Assembly (NCBI GenBank): GCA_049724395.1
Contig: JAUGWO010000058.1
Coordinates: 62,001-84,273, forward strand
DNA from: Spongospora subterranea f. sp. subterranea
Taxonomy: Eukaryota
Length of the DNA: 22,273 bases
Direction: 5' to 3'
A program made the translations under genes and the position numbers. The notes under the pieces were generated by a model. The model was not told the DNA's origin. It did not search any database and saw only the letters and a program-made list of their open reading frames with translations. Each line of letters starts with the position of its first letter. The first letter of the stretch is position 1. This document shows positions 20,101-22,273 of this stretch, in pieces.

Positions 20101-21800
20101 CTAACAATCCGAAATCTTGGTCCGGTTCTTCCGATGATGATGACCGTGATTATGGTCCTGCACCAACTGGCGACACGGAAAGCGCTGAAGTGTCGCCCAT
20201 CTCAAGCAGACGGCACCGTTCCGTACCAATTCATTTGCATTGAGTTCGCTTCGCGCTATGTCTGCGACGAATTCGTGAAAAGACATTTACTGATTGGCGC
20301 AGGTCAACCTGCCATTTCCTGGCACCTCTTCGAATCTTTGAGTCATTTTTCCTGGACTCATGGCATTGGACACATTTTCAATGGTCGGCATCTAGAGGGC
20401 CATTAAATCAACGATCGATTGACTTTTCCGCCAACCTTTCCAGCTGTGGAGGCTTTGACAAGCAAGAATATGGTCCAGTTCATAACAAGCCGTGCCAATG
20501 TCATCAAAGGGCTCACAGAGTTTCGTAAACTTATGTGCAGCTTTGTTCAAAAACCCAATTCAACTTTTTGTTGTTCCAGAGAGGATTGCTTCAACGGGGT
20601 CAAGTTGCCCAGTCAGCTGTTTGTCCCAAAAAGATCTGCCGAGTCCTTTGTCAAATCCGTCAGGTTTGAAAAGCGCAAAACCTACCACCAACCATTTGAT
20701 TTTCCCGAAACTCATCCTGATTTTTTCGTAAAGTTTGATTCTGCTTTCCGGAAAATTGTTGACAGAAAAGCAGTCACGCCGGAGTGGTGTTTCAGACCAC
20801 TTTGAATAAAAACAGAAATCACCCATTTCGCGAATGTTTCCAGTCTGATTTCTCAGACGATGCCTTCTTTAGCGAGAATCGAAAACAGTACAATCTCCTG
20901 ATGGTTTGGACCGAGTTTGCAGCAACAGTAGTTGCTGTACACGTCTGGCCGATGTCAGAGTTGACTACTGTCTGCTGGTGTCTTTGCTAGCGAATCATGA
21001 ATGCGGATGTCGTTCGAGCACTGGGTTCAAAGTGAGAGTTCCAGGAATTATGGTCTATCTCTGTCCACTTCTGGAGATGACTTCCTCTTCTGCAGTTGTT
21101 TCACAATGTCTGACAAGCAATTGGGCCGAGATTGTACTGATCACGACGCGTTGCTCCATTTGATTACAGTGCCCCATTGTATGTCTTCAAATGACTTCAT
21201 TGATCCTCAATTTGTTTCCATTGCCAATGGAAGCAATGAGACTTTTGGTTTGGTTTCGAAGAAAAGATTCACAAATAGCGAAAACAGGTCAGATTGGATT
21301 CAACGGGTAGTCACATTAGTCGCAACAGAACTGTTGTTGTTGTTGTTGCTGATTCTGAGTTGATTCCGATACCAACGTCAGGTTGTGGAAATCGAACGGA
21401 TTCCAATTCGATTCTTTGTGGAACTTGTCGGGAAGGCTGAGAATCAGACCATGTTGCCCGAAACCTCCTGCTATGCCTAGGCAGTTTCCACATCAAAATG
21501 CCCTGTGATTATGCCCTGACTGGTGAATATCTTTTTCGGTGATTATGATTTCATCGATTCGACTACTAATATTGCCATCACCCAAGACATTAGTGCAGCT
21601 GGTATGGTCCAGCTCGAATGGTGGACGATTCTTGCCATACGGAAATGGTATTTGTTGTGTCAACAATTTGATGTTTGAACAGACCACCAGACGTCTCTGC
21701 CCAACTCCTCAAAAATCACGACGATAAATCGTTGAACATGGCGTCTGCAATATATGAAGAAATCCCCCCCAAACCGGAGCCTTGTTCATTCTTTAGTCTA
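17150..21800 (-). mobile_element. Heavily decayed MULE-like element (WRKY/MuDR-like finger, DDE remnant, SWIM-like, knuckle-like, PHD-like, possible Ulp1-like tail); boundaries uncertain
   Basis: No long ORFs and many stops. Collinear minus-strand remnants: RLVVCS..RPPFEL..GHNH (HNH 21505-21513); SVNNFPES (~20743-20766); LCEPFDDIGTAC (~20485-20520); PGKMTQR..VCLR (~20200-20355); CDF..KVHEVFCG..DDGPG..FCNK (~18970-19080); FRDENLIYRHHKTH (~18629-18670); LPGQRL..YWNH..QQQNQ..QMDLYREKL (17150-18130). Confidence 0.45.
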
Positions 21801-22273
21801 TCGTCGATCTTCGTGTCAACTCCGACCTCGGTCAACACCAGCTCCCGCTGACCAGTTTTTGAACTGCGATATCACCTGGGAGCCATTTTCAATCAGAAAT
21901 GAATATTCCGGTCATGGTTAAAGAAGTTTCAAAATCTGATCATGGTCCTGGTGCGTATAAGAGTCTTCTCGATCCTGATACAAATGTTAGTACTGTACCC
22001 GATCTATTTACCGTCTAAAACTTGCCTTTAGCTACAAACTGAGCTAAAATCCTCTATTGGGTTGGAGAGACGTCTGAAGCTGAACCGGCTTGATGCAGCC
22101 TACAAAAGGAGCACACATTTTCCTAACCCAGATAAAACGCATGCAAAAACGAAATTTGTTGAATTTGTTTCATAAAAAACACCTATATTAGACTCGAGTG
22201 AATGTGGGACAAGATCTGTTTCTCTCCACAATCGATTGATGACGGGATTTGGATCCAAATCCGCAGTTGGAAC

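Noticed and set aside
21332..21348. (TGT)n tract and the poly-Leu end of ORF 21001-21363
   Set aside because: It is a short microsatellite in decayed DNA, so the apparent membrane anchor is incidental.
17200..22000. LTR or LINE retrotransposon
   Set aside because: I found no reverse transcriptase YxDD, RNase H or integrase motifs and no LTR pair in the frames I read. The remnants fit a MULE better.

Overview
Compact, intron-rich eukaryotic DNA with hand-traced GT-AG introns of 47-65 nt. The host is probably a small-genome protist or fungus-like organism; a phytomyxid plant parasite is a guess, not shown by the sequence. The left arm (1-5600) is a nest of DNA-transposon relics. It holds a minus-strand pogo-like element whose spliced transposase has an N-terminal C2H2 finger and whose first exon carries an inverted copy of the element's own sequence (a potential hairpin, Mu-killer-like allele). 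This element sits in the TA of a second pogo-like transposase. Next come a frameshifted MULE-type transposase with USP-like peptidase and PARP-type zinc-finger motifs, and a 12 x 24-bp tandem array. The middle (5647-17043) holds host genes: WDR53-like, a large HEAT/ARM-like gene, NAA50-like, a small RVxF-motif ORF, a head-to-head pair of intronless thiamine-binding (UPF0045/Ecm15-like) paralogs, and a predicted secreted ~646-aa protein with three copies of a Cys/His/Trp domain I do not recognise. The right arm (~17150-21800) appears to be a heavily decayed minus-strand MULE. All calls come from manual translation and motif recognition; no searches were run.
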